From the NCBI GenBank assembly GCA_973895155.1, contig OZ316898.1, positions 5,939,079 through 6,003,078 of the forward strand: a DNA stretch of 64,000 bases, written 5' to 3'. Positions 12,550 through 23,881 of this stretch are shown in pieces. Under the pieces are notes generated by a model. That model was not told the DNA's origin, made no database searches, and saw nothing but the letters and a program-made list of their open reading frames with translations. A program made the position numbers and the translations under genes. Source of the stretch: Marsupella aquatica. Its lineage: Eukaryota > Plantae > Marchantiophyta. Numbering within the stretch: position 1 is the stretch's first letter; every line of letters starts with the position of its first letter.

Positions 12550-15500
12550 ATGGCTAGATTTGGAGGAGTGAAGTTTGAGGTGGAGAAGTACGATGATCAT
12601 ACTGATTATTTGCTCTGGGAGAAGGAAGTTCTACGGGCCATGGGCTTACTCATCTACTTTCATCACGAGAGCAGTATGATGGATAGGAGCAGATGATTGC
12701 TGTCAATGCAGTGATGCTATATCTCAAGCCGCACATCATCAAGCAACTGGATGATTATGCGGATTGCGCGTCATTGTTCAAGGCTCTAAGAGAGAAATAC
12801 TACTGGGAAGATGCGTCAGATCGGCTGTACAAGAAATCTCTCTTGATGAGTCTTAGGCTCAAGGAAGGGAACAAGATGTAGGATCACTTGGATGAGTTTG
12901 ACAGTCTAGCGGTGGATCTGTTTAAACCTGGGAAAACGAGTTGAAGATGAGGATAAGGCCTTGCTTCTGCTAAGCTCCTTACCGCCGTCATATTAGGGCT
13001 TGAAACAGATGCTCTTGTATAGAGATCTGAAGTCCATTTCGTATAATGAGGTGGTGAGCTCTTTACTATTTGATGATGCTCAGAAGAAGCTAGGTCAATC
13101 ACAGACAGCATCTTCTCCTAGCACTACGCTCAATGTGAACAAGGGAAGAGCAGCGCAGTGCACGAATGGACAGAACAGGTTTAGATCTACATCACGGGGG
13201 AGATCTAAATCCAGAGAGAAATCGCAAGAGAGAAAGCCTCTTGCATGTTGGAATTGTGGCAAGCCTGGCCACATGAAAAGGGATTGTCGAGTAAAGGTCC
13301 CTATTGCATCTGCTAACGCAACATCGAGCTCGCATGAGGTAGATTTACTCGATGATGATGACATATTGTGATGTCAAGGTTATGCTCTCAATGTAGTGTC
13401 AAATCCAGGTAGTGATGACTGGATTCTAGATAGTGCATGTAATTTTCACATTTGCTCTAGGAGAGATTTTTCAGTTCTTACACGGTTTCCAACGGGTCAG
13501 TGTTGATGGGAAATGGAATCCCATGTCAAGTTGTTGGACTTGGATCTGTAAGATTTCAGATGTTTGATGGTGTTGTAAGAACGTTGAGGAATGTGAGACA
13601 TATTCCCAGCATGATGAAAAATCTCATTTCACTTGGAGTTTTAGAGGCAAATGGTCATCAGTGGAGTTCTGCTAATGGTGTCCTTCAGGTTTCAACTGGT
13701 ACTAAAGTTGTATTGAAGGGAAAGAGACATAACAATCTATACATTTTGGAGGGCAGTGTAGTCTGTGATGAAGCCAATGTAACCTTATCTCATGAGGAGA
13801 CGGCCCGGCTGTGGCACTTCCGTTTGGGCCACATGAGTGAAAAAGGTTTGGCTATTCTTCAGAAGAAAGGATTACTTTCTAATTTGCAATCTTGTAAGTT
13901 GGAATTTTGTGAGCACTGTGTGTTAGGGAAGCAACACAGGAAACCCTTTGGAGTTGGAACTCACACCAGCAAGGAGGTACTTGAGTATGTACATAGTGAT
14001 GTGTAGGGTCCAGCCCCTACTCCCTCACATTCTGGACTGTTATACTATGTCACGTTCATTGACGATTACTCAAGGTATGTGTGGATATACTTTCTACACA
14101 ATAAGTCTGATGTTTTTGCCACTTTTAAGGAGTTGAAAGCCCAAGTTGAGAATCAGACTGGTAATAAGGTGAGATATCTATGATCGAATAATGATGGTGA
14201 ATACAGTTATGGTGAATTTGGAACGTATTGTAAGGAACAGGGGATTACCCGCTATCTCACAACAAGTTATACTCCTCAGTAGAATAGTGTTTCTGAGAGA
14301 CTTAACCGAACACTATTGGACCGCTCGAGGAGTATGTTGAGTCAATTATGCTTACCACATGAGTTTTGGGCTGAAGTTGTAAACATTGTAGCTTATTTGG
14401 TAAATTTTTCTCCATCCAGTTCTATTGGATTCAAGACGCCATTTGAAATGAGGTACGGGCATCCAGCAGATTACTCATATCTTAGGATTTTTGGATGTGA
14501 TGCTTATGTGCTTACACCTGCCCAACTTCGATCCAAGTTGGAGTCCAAGTCGAAGAAGTGCATTTTCCTTGGCTATCAGAAAGGTGTGAAGGGTTATAGG
14601 TTATGGGATCCAGTAACCTGTAAACTAATTGTCAGTAGAGATGTGTCCTTTAATGAGTCCAGATCATCAAAGGAGGGGGAGAGTTCTCAGGACTCCCATA
14701 CTGACAAGGGGAAATCTCCCATCCCGGACCGGGTTGAGGGGGAGATTAGTCATGATGCAGTTCATGACAGGAGAGATGGAGAAGCTTCGGGCTTGGAGCT
14801 GGTTCTTATGATGGAACAAGAGGAGCAGATTGTTGTTGGGGTACCTCAAATTCAACCAGCAGCAGCAACAGATCGGCCTGAGTCATCTACTAGAAGAACT
14901 TCCAGCCGTTCTACTAGAGCTCCTACCAGGTATGGTCAATGGGCAGACTCATCTAAGCTAGATGACATTGACATTGCACCTGAGGATGATGATATGGCTT
15001 TGATTTTGGATGAAGGAGAGTCTTCTTCGTACAGTGAGGCTTGTGCTTCAGAGCAGAAGCATGAGTGGAATGCAGCAATGCAGAGGGAGTTACAATCTTT
15101 GAGTGACAACAAGACATGGGAGCTGGTGGAGCTTTCAAGAGGTCAGCAAGTGGTGGACAACAAGTGGATTTACAAGTTGAAGGACAGTCCTTCAGAGGGT
15201 GGAGATAAGATCTACAAGGCAAGGCTTGTTGCCAAGGGGTTCACTCAGGAGAAAGGAGTGGACTACAATGAGGTCTTTTCACCGGTGGCTAAGTATTCCA
15301 CAATACGGATCTTGTGTCAGCTTGTTATGTTTTTTGGTTTGGTGATGGATCAGATGGATGTTGTTACTGCTTTTCTCTATGGCAACTTGGAAGAGTTGAT
15401 CTTCATGAGACAGCCACTAGGCTTTATGAAGAAGGGCCAAGAGAACTTAGTTTGCAGATTGCTCAAGTCCTTGTATGGATTGAAGCAGTCTCCCAGACAG

Positions 15501-16589
15501 TGGAACAAGCGGTTTGATGATTTCATGCTTGCTCAAGGTTTTACAAGGATGGTGTATGATCCTCGTGTGTATACAAAATCAGTCAAGAATGATGTATTTG
15601 GTTTCATCATTCTTGTTGTCTATGTGGATGACATGTTGATTGTGGCTAAAGATCAATCTGAGGTTGACAGTCTCAAGGCAAAATTGAGTGTTGAATTCAT
15701 GATGAAGGATCTTGGTAAGGCCAAGAGGATCTTAGGGATGGAGATTTTTAAAAACTCTGAGACTGGACAGTTGTGCTTGAGTCAAGGCTAGTATGCGAGG
15801 AATGTACTTGCACGATTCAACATGGAGAACTGTAAGCTAGTGAGTATTCCTTTAGCTTCATATTTTAAGTTATCATCGGCTTTCTCTCCTACGGATGCCG
15901 TGGAGAAAGGTCTGATGGCTAAGATTCCTTATGAGAAGGCAGTAGGCAGTCTGATGTATTTGATGACTTGTACTAGGCCTGACTTGGCCCTAGCGATGGG
16001 CAAGGTTAGCAGATTCATGTCAAATCCAGGGAAGGTACATTGGGAAGTTGTGAAGTGGATTCTCAGGTATCTGAAGGGAACACAGGACTATAGATTACTA
16101 TTTCATAAAAGATCAAATAGAACGTTAGTTGGCTATGTAGATTCTGACTATGGAGGCTGTCTGGATACAAGGAGGTCTACAACTGGGTTTGTATACACTT
16201 TTGGAGGAGGATGTATCAATTATGAATCTACCTTGCAGAAGTGCATATCTCAGTCTACTACAGAAGCAAAGTATATTGCAGCAGCAGAAGCAGCAAAGTA
16301 AGCAATTTGGTTGGATAAGTTGATCGCGGAGATGGGTTTAGAGCATGGCAAAATGACTCTAAACTGTGACAGTCAAAGTGCTATTCACTTGGCTGCTAAC
16401 CAGGTGATGGATAGCAGGGTAAAGCACATTGATATCAGGTACCATTTTATCAGGCAAGCAGTGTCTGATAAAACTTTTGAGCTAGTCAAGATTGATGGAA
16501 AGCTCAATCATGCTGATGCTTTTACCAAAGTGATTCATTTGGAGAGTTTCTCAAGACACCGTGCTACTTTGCAGGTTTTGCAATTGTAG
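12550..16589 (+). pseudogene. Disrupted gag-pol polyprotein of copia element 1
   Basis: Motifs: KFEVEKYD (gag start), CWNCGKPGHMKRDC zinc knuckle, WILDSA protease, LWHFRLGH, HSDV integrase, YVDD RT, YVDSDYGG/CDSQSA RNase H. Several in-frame stops (e.g. VWG read as V*G at ~14004, LRSD read as L*SN at ~14180, Q to stop at 15789) and frameshifts. Confidence 0.93.
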
Positions 16590-16796
16590 TGCAAGTAGAG
16601 TTATTTAGCAATGTGTGACTATTTGTATATGAATTACTCATTCCTGTTAGGCTACGGCTTAGTTCTAGTTAACCCTTAGTTAACCCTTGTGGTTTTTAGG
16701 GGGAGACCTGGTTTGGTGATTGTCTAGAACTTCCCGCTGAGGAATCCATATGGTAGCATTTAGTCCAGTCCCCAAGACAAGAGTCAAGGGGGAGTT

Positions 16797-17140
16797 TGTT
16801 AGATATTACTCTAGTCTTGTGACTCATGAGCTAACCACAGTTAGTCTAACTCAGGTTAGGACTTAGCTAATGTTAGCGGTAGTGCTGTTGTGCATATAGC
16901 CGGGGCTGATGCCAGACCCTGGAGGAACTTAGGCTCATTGTTACGGAGCTAGTTGAGAGATAGGGAGAGCTTGTGATGTGGATGCTTGGTATGACCGGTC
17001 GGCCTAGAGTGCAGTAAAGCTCTTGTGTGTTCCCGTGGACGTAACCTCATGTGGAGGTGAACCACGTATCTCTCTAAGTCAACTCTTGTGCATTAGATGG
17101 TTCATGGGCTTGCCGTTGCGAATGTTGTCTATGCTCAACA
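16797..17140 (+). repeat. 3' LTR of copia element 1
   Basis: TGTTAG...CAACA, 344 bp, preceded by the PPT and followed by TSD GTTTT. Confidence 0.95.
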
Positions 17141-17810
17141 GTTTTTCCCTTGATTGGGTTTTTGGCCTGTGGGACCTTGTCTCCCAGTTGGTTTAGCGCC
17201 CCCACTTTTTGGCAGTTTGATTGGCTGAACTTTCAGTTCAGCTTTGCGATGGGGGGCCCAAAAATGCCTCCAAACCTTTTTTCTGCGCATACCATACTGG
17301 GCATACTTTTCTCCAAAATAGAGTGTATACTACTAAGGAGAATGCATTGGTAGAACTTAAACTTTTGTGACCATTTCTTGGGTCCATATCGGGCATACTT
17401 TTCTCCAAAATAGACTATACACTACTAAGAAGAATGCATTTGCAACAGTTCAGCTTTTTTGACCAAACCTCTTGGGTCACCGGCCTCGTATATTTTTGTC
17501 ATGGGTCTATTCACATTAAAAGCCTGTGCATTCAGGCTCGCGGGTTTAGAGTAGTTCCCACCAATTCTTCCTCTTAGAGAGACTACTGCAGTACGTATGG
17601 GTGCACTGGGTTTAATGGGTTTAAGGCCGTCCCACCAAAACTCTCTGGAGAAAGTACTGCAGTATTTATTGGTGCAATGGGTTTAGTGCGTTTGAGGGTG
17701 GCATTGTCGTCAGCCTGAGGGAGGTCACTGTGGGCATTTCTCACAACTACTTCGCATTGATTGTTCGAGAAGTTGATTTTCGAGATACATTCGCATGCCG
17801 AGGTACAGAT

Positions 17811-20278
17811 ATGGCCTCTTCGAATACGACGCCAAAGAAAAAGGGAAGGCTTGAAGCTTTGGAGAAAAGACTGGCGACGACTCCCCGGCCCTCGTATTCC
17901 CCTTCTCCTTCCCCAATTCGCCCAACATTCTCAACACCTCAGCGAGGTAAGAATTTGTGGTGTATGTTTGATAATTATGCCAATGCGGTATCATTTGGAA
18001 GTTTAGTGATCAACGTGGTTTTGGATCGCAATTCGTTTCCTGATTTTGTTTACCTCTTTGAAGGGGACCAATTTGGTTGCTTTGCTTCGGCAGTGCTGTC
18101 GTTTCTTTCCATGGACAGGCTGAGATTTATGATTTTGTGCTGTGGGATGAATCGGATGCCGCCCAAACTGGCAGTGATGCGGCATACGCCAAGCTCTGTC
18201 CTTCCGTTCTAAATGGTCCGTTGTCTGCGAACCTTCAGGTGACTGATGAGTTTAGTTCTCCCTCATCCTCCTCTGTCTCTCCACCTTTGCTGCTTACTCT
18301 CTACTTTCAGCAATGAATCATTTGTCAAGGAACAGCATGTACGGTCGTGAGAGTTGCCTCTGTTCAAAACAGTGAAGTGCCCACCCGCTCACAGAAATTC
18401 ATTTTGTCAAGGGAGGACGAGCCTGACAATTCTGAGTTCAGATTTCGGGTCTAGTGTTAGGATTTGATAAGATTTATTTTTTCTGTATTCTCACAGTCAT
18501 TGCGCTCTCCTCTAATCCTTTCCTTGTTTCGAAATCTTCATTGAAAAGAGTGACATTAAAGGATTCTCACAGTCACTTTCCTTGTTGCGAAAGAAGCTTC
18601 ATAGAAATACAGAAAAAATAAATCTTCAAGGGTTGACACAACACTTGAAGATTCTCTTTTCCTTGTTGCGAAAGAAGCTTCATTGATCTCTAAAATCTGT
18701 TAATTTGAGTGTTCAATGTGTATGGAAACTGCTGAATTAGTTGAAGAAGAGTGGCGCATTAAAAGCATGGTGACGGCTGTGGTAGACAGGAATTCTTATG
18801 CTGAGTGTTCTGCAGATTTGCTATTGTCTCTTTGCGTCAGAAACAGTGTCTGTCAAACACTTGGGGCAGGAGTAAAACTGAAGCTTAAGGGGAAGAGTTT
18901 TGAGAATGATTTATCTTCAACAATCCCATCACGTGCGAATAAACTCTTCTAGGTATAGTGGAAACTAAGGAGAGTGATTGGATAAGGGTGGCTCAGTGAA
19001 GCACATGACGATGGTTGTATTAAAGAGTAGTTTCCAATTTGACGAAAAAGCAGATCGGTACTTGCCTTGTCCTGGTGGAATGAAAGACATTCCACCAATT
19101 AGTTCACACATGAACATGAGTTGAGGGGAAACTGAAGCTCTGTAAGGTGATGACGATTGGTCTCCTCAGTTAAAGCAGGGACAACGATTGAAGCATCTGC
19201 TGAATCTGAAGTCAAATCGATGCTTCAATGTCTGCGTGTTACAGGCATGATGTATATCAACTTCTGCACGACATGTGGAGAAATTACACTGAGGGTCTCA
19301 TGGCCACTTGCGGGTAAAGCACCAGTGAATATGAAGCTTAGCAACTGCCAGTTCTGATTAGCAAATCTCCAGTGGGTCATTGTCTTCATTTCAACCAATG
19401 ATCGATGTTCCACAGCATCATGCTCGTTTTAAGATTTCGTCTTACGGCAGTTATTTCCGAAACATCCTTGGCACCTAGATGCTGTCGTCTTAGAGTCGGT
19501 TCAGACATGTCAGGCTAGATTGTGTGATCAGGAACAATGCAGCCATGACGCAGTCCCGTCTTCTTGCAGCCGATCTTCACGGGGCAGTTCTGGCTGGTCG
19601 GTGCTCTATCACGTTGGGCTTCTGTTATTCCCAGTGTTGGTCTAGTTGCATTGTGTTACCTTTTACCTCGAAGTTCGTCATCCACTTAAGCTTTTTCTAA
19701 ACCTTGGTCTTCTGTGTCTTCCAGTGGTCGATTGCAAGAACCCAACACTTATTGGAATACAAGGTTTCATGATTAGAGAAACATCGAAGACCTTTGGGTT
19801 AATTAGTTCTAATGACAAATTTTCAGGTTTGACTTCACCTCCGGAAAGCTCGATTCCTAGTTCTTTCCGTATTTGTGACATAATTTGACATGTGTTTCGT
19901 TCTGAAACTTAATGCTTTGAACTCTTTTGGGGCTTTTGTGGTAAAGTCCCACTGCACTTGCCATTATCTCTTCCACAACTTGTTATCTGGTTTGTCAATG
20001 TGATTTTGTTGGTTTGTCCTTAGGAATCGTATTCTTCTCACACCTTCCCTGTCTTTCTTGCTACTTTACATTTCTTGCAGAAAAGCTCATCTATGAGAAC
20101 CTCAATTTCTTTCGAGTGGCCTCAAACATCGTTCAACCATCAGAAATTCTGACCAGATCGTTTTGCAGTGATTCCAAAAGCAGGATCTACGTTCAGGCTG
20201 AAGGTGAAGAACACGATATTCACTTTGTTTGGTAGCGGTTTAGGTCCAAGAGGTGCAACAGCAACAAACAAAATCTAA
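17811..20278 (+). CDS. POP4: Ribonuclease P/MRP protein subunit p29 (RPP29/POP4), multi-exon; middle exons uncertain
   Basis: Exons give MASSNTTPKKKGRLEALEKRLA..., DAAYAKLCPSVLNGPLSANLQ, HDVYQLLHDMWRNYTEGLMATCG (~19246-19313), RLLAADLHGAVLA, VVDCKNPTLIGIQGFMIRETSKTFGLISSNDKF and VIPKAGSTFRLKV...FTLFG, stop at 20276-20278. ADLHGA / G-x-x-x-RET / VIPK are the p29 family signature. Confidence 0.88.
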
Positions 20279-21260
20279 AACTCGATTTCTCTTCCAACTT
20301 TATTTTTACCATAGCATCTTTGAATTGCCCTTTCAAATATTCTTTCTGGGAGTAGTACATGATCCCCGATGATGATAGAGTTAGCAGCAAACAATCTCAG
20401 GTTAGGAGATCAGTGCAACTGATAACACCACTTGGGAGCGGCATGCGGATAAAGTTATAGCCGAGTTCACTCCATTTTCGAAGTGTAAAGAATTGTGTAG
20501 GAACGTTGTGAGCTCACAGCGATGTCTTCTACACCAAGTCAGAAAATTCCTCTATGGTACGTGACTACGATAGGATGTGGAAGTGACTGTACCTCATTGA
20601 CAGGCCAAGGTGTCATGAAAGAAATGTGAGCTTGGCGTCATTCGCTGATGTTTGTTTGCTTTCAATTTCTCGAGACGTTAAGAATTACAAAGCTTTGTCC
20701 TCCCCTTCGTTACAGATGTGATCCAACTACCCAACCACTTGTTCAGTTTTGAGCAACTACAATGTATCTATGGAATACCGTTTCCCCCGGACCTGGCTCC
20801 GAAGAAATGCACTCTCACCTTAAGCCCCAACTTGTTGTTCCCAACAAACAGCGCTAATTCTACTGTGGCATCCTATCCAAGTGGTACATTTGTTTCTCCT
20901 AGTGATCCATACAATGTATATGCATCCGTAACGACACCCTGAACGACTGAATGCTGCTAAGGGCTCCCGCTCTAAAGCTCGGAATCCTGTTGTCAAGATG
21001 AAATTGTTGTCATATGGAAGCTGGCTGTGGTGCAGTCTTTCCTATCATCAGAAGATGGCAACGGTATAGAAATTCTACTCTGCCTGTAGAGAAGACGGCA
21101 ACGGTATAGAAGTTCTTCTCTCAAGCCTCCAGAAATTGCTGGAGTGAAGTACAGGCTGTATTGTTGACCGAAACAGCAATGCGGTCTCATATGTTGGAAA
21201 CCCTGAGATGTGGGTTTTCATACTAGAGCAGAAGGTCTCAACCAACTACATGGCACAAAA

Positions 21261-23881
21261 TCAGAAGACGGAGAGAAATTCGTCAAAATCAGAAGAGGAT
21301 GAGTCGTTCTGGTCTTTTCTGAAACTCATTTCCTCGAAGTACCAATCAATGAGTGAGGTCATGGAAATGAAATTTCCTTTTCTCACTTTCAGAAACGAAT
21401 CGACCAAGGCGGGCATGACTTCAGCACACTTCTGAAAATGCCTATCCACAGTCAATTCCCGAAACTTGAGATCTTTCTGGAGCGTGGCTAGTTTTTCCGA
21501 AATCCAATCTGTCCCACGTCCTAGAGTGATCAAAGCTTTGCGACCATCCTCGATCAATCGTGCCATCACCGTCAAACTGCTGGCTTGTTTTTGCCGTCCA
21601 TGCATGTTGTCGGTGAGCTCATTGACCTGTAATTTCAGCTTTTCGAAGATTTCACTCACATATTGACCAATATCCCTGATGGTTGGCAAAGCGTTGGAGG
21701 TCGCTTTGGGTTGCATCTTTTGGGACTTTTTACCTTCAGAAGCTGACCCTACTTTCCCAATCCTTTTGGTTATTTCCTCAGCGTCCTTGTACAGCTTTTG
21801 GACCTTGGCACGGCCAGATCCCGACTCCAGGTCTTGGATCTTTCTGGTTATTTCAGCGTTCAAGTCTGATGCCAACGTGGCCCAGTGTTGAGTGTTCCCA
21901 TCAATCTTGCTCAGATTTTTGAGAGGTTCCCAATCTGACAAACGTCTACTGGTCTCTTTGACGCCTCCCTCTTCCGATGCAGGGGTTCCAAAGTCCTCAT
22001 GTGTCAAGTCAGGCTTATTTAGAAATTTCCAGACTTCCTGCAAATTGCAAAGAACAGATCAAATCTTCTTAGTTGTTAATGACAAAATGCGTGCCCTTTC
22101 TGTTCTAAAAAGCTCTATCCTGCACTGGCCTGGTTCACGCCAAAGATTTACATTTCAGAAGTCTACCCTGTCACACAGAATGTTCGGACTAGGAAGGCTG
22201 CAAGGACAATTCTGGCCCGGATCTTGTCTAGGTCTCAGACGAGGTGTTGGAAATTCAATATACGAATCGAGCACTAGTGCCAACACCTGGAGTAAGTATT
22301 TGCTTTTCGAAAAGTATCCTCCATTTTCAGTAATCAACGCCAAAAGAGTATACCTGCTCATACTGCACGGATTCTTGTCGCTGTATCGTAGAGTGTTCCT
22401 GATTTGGGAATTCTGGAGAGCCACTAATAGTAGTGGGCAGAATTTTCATTTCCCCTTCGTTCTAAGGATCAGATTCAGGACAAAGCATTCAGAGGTGGAA
22501 GAAGGTTTAAGGATAACAAAATTGCCCAAAATTAGCAGTAAATTGCGTACATGACAATGTTAAAGATGGCAAAGTCGTTGCAAAGAAGGATAAGAACGAG
22601 CATAATATTGTAGTTACCTGCTGATATTGTCCGCCGTTCTGTAGCTCGACCGGAGAGTATGCGTGATTCTGACTGGAGAAGGTTTCGTAATAAGTACCAT
22701 ATTGCATAGTGACTGTTTCTCCGGCCTGCGGATCCGCATCAGACGAAAGATTAGAAATAGGAAGAAGCATTCACGATAACAGGAATAGCTCAAAATTTTA
22801 GAGACGGATGGCGTTCCTCTCGGCCTTTCGTAAAATAGAGAATCGAGAGAGACCCATCGTTCGTTGCGTTGGGCAGAGTAAGCCTTTCCCCTTGGGACTA
22901 TATCCAGCTGAGTATAGAAGCTTAGGACTAAGAAAATAGTTTAAGATGACACATACCTCTCAAGAATAGTGATGAATAGCGTTTAGATTATCGAAGTAAT
23001 GGCAAAGAAGGGGAAGAGCTCGCAGAGTAGTACACCTGCTTATGAGACCGGTCTTTCTGTAGCTCTGTCATAGAGTACCCTTCATGTGGAATAAAGGGAG
23101 ACCCATAACCTGTGGTATTGGGCAGAGTGATCATGGTCGCTTCGGCCTGCGAATCCGCACCAGCATGGGAGGTTAACCAGGAAGAAGCTTTGAAGATGAC
23201 AACAAGTGCTCCAATGAAGCGGCAATTGTCTTTAGTAAGAAAGCCTTTGCAGAGAATGGACAGCTACCTACATTGTCCACTTACCCTTGGGTGTGTCGAA
23301 CATTGCCCCTGATCTCTAGCGATATTGGCACTCATCGACTCTTCAGACAAGGGCTGTAGTCCCAAATTTCCGAGCGAGGCGAGAATTTCGCTTTCAGCCT
23401 GTATATCGACATCAGCAACGAAGGTTAGAGATCGTCCTCACAACTACCGTACAGCATCCATTCCAACACGCAATTACTGCAAGGGGTAAGGAATCAAAGA
23501 TCATCGCCTCCAGAGTTACTATCCCTTCGCTCCTGCTAAAGGACTTCAGATCTATGGGCAGCGCAGATGATCTCATTTGCTTCCCCATGAGGTGAGACCA
23601 AAATAGGCATCACCCACTGTGGTCCACTATGTACTAGTGCTGTGCTGACTTTAGTACAGATACTGTGGCACAGAATACCAAACCTGCTCTGGCTTTTCTG
23701 CGTCCACCTCTAGGACAACGCGGAAGCGACCAACGGCGACAATGGTACTGGTGAGAATGCGGAACCTCCGCCGTGCCTCAATCCGTTTTCGCTTTCGAGT
23801 GTCTTCCTCCACATCCGCATCCATCACATCTGCAGGCTGCAAACTCATGCTATACTGCATGGCCTCTGGAATCTGTTCCAT
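21261..23881 (-). CDS. Unknown-family paralog A (~433 aa): N-terminal CaM-binding-like helix, three ~36-aa repeat exons, C-terminal helical domain
   Basis: Exons 23881-23684, 23146-23036, 22725-22618, 22461-22354 and 22037-21261. All introns are GT-AG and phase 0, and the frame is open throughout. Splice sites are conserved with paralog D. A non-coding 5' exon ends at about 24725. Confidence 0.75.

Larger units (their letters stand above)
8920..17140 (+). mobile_element. Full-length but decayed Ty1/copia LTR retrotransposon (Tnt1/Tork-like)
   Basis: TG...CA LTRs at 8920-9261 and 16797-17140, differing by about 14 substitutions and one 2-bp indel (~96% by eye). 5-bp TSD GTTTT on both sides. 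tRNA-iMet PBS TGGTATCAGAGC at 9264. PPT AAGGGGGAG before the 3' LTR. Domain order gag-PR-IN-RT-RH. Confidence 0.97.

Noticed and set aside
22164-22290. Extra 40-codon phase-0 exon candidate in gene A (VLALVLDSYIEF...)
   Set aside because: It would be in frame but has no homolog in the other paralogs and weak splice context; left out of the model pending RNA data
21892-22554. 220-aa plus-strand ORF
   Set aside because: Antisense to gene A exons and introns; no motif and no ATG start
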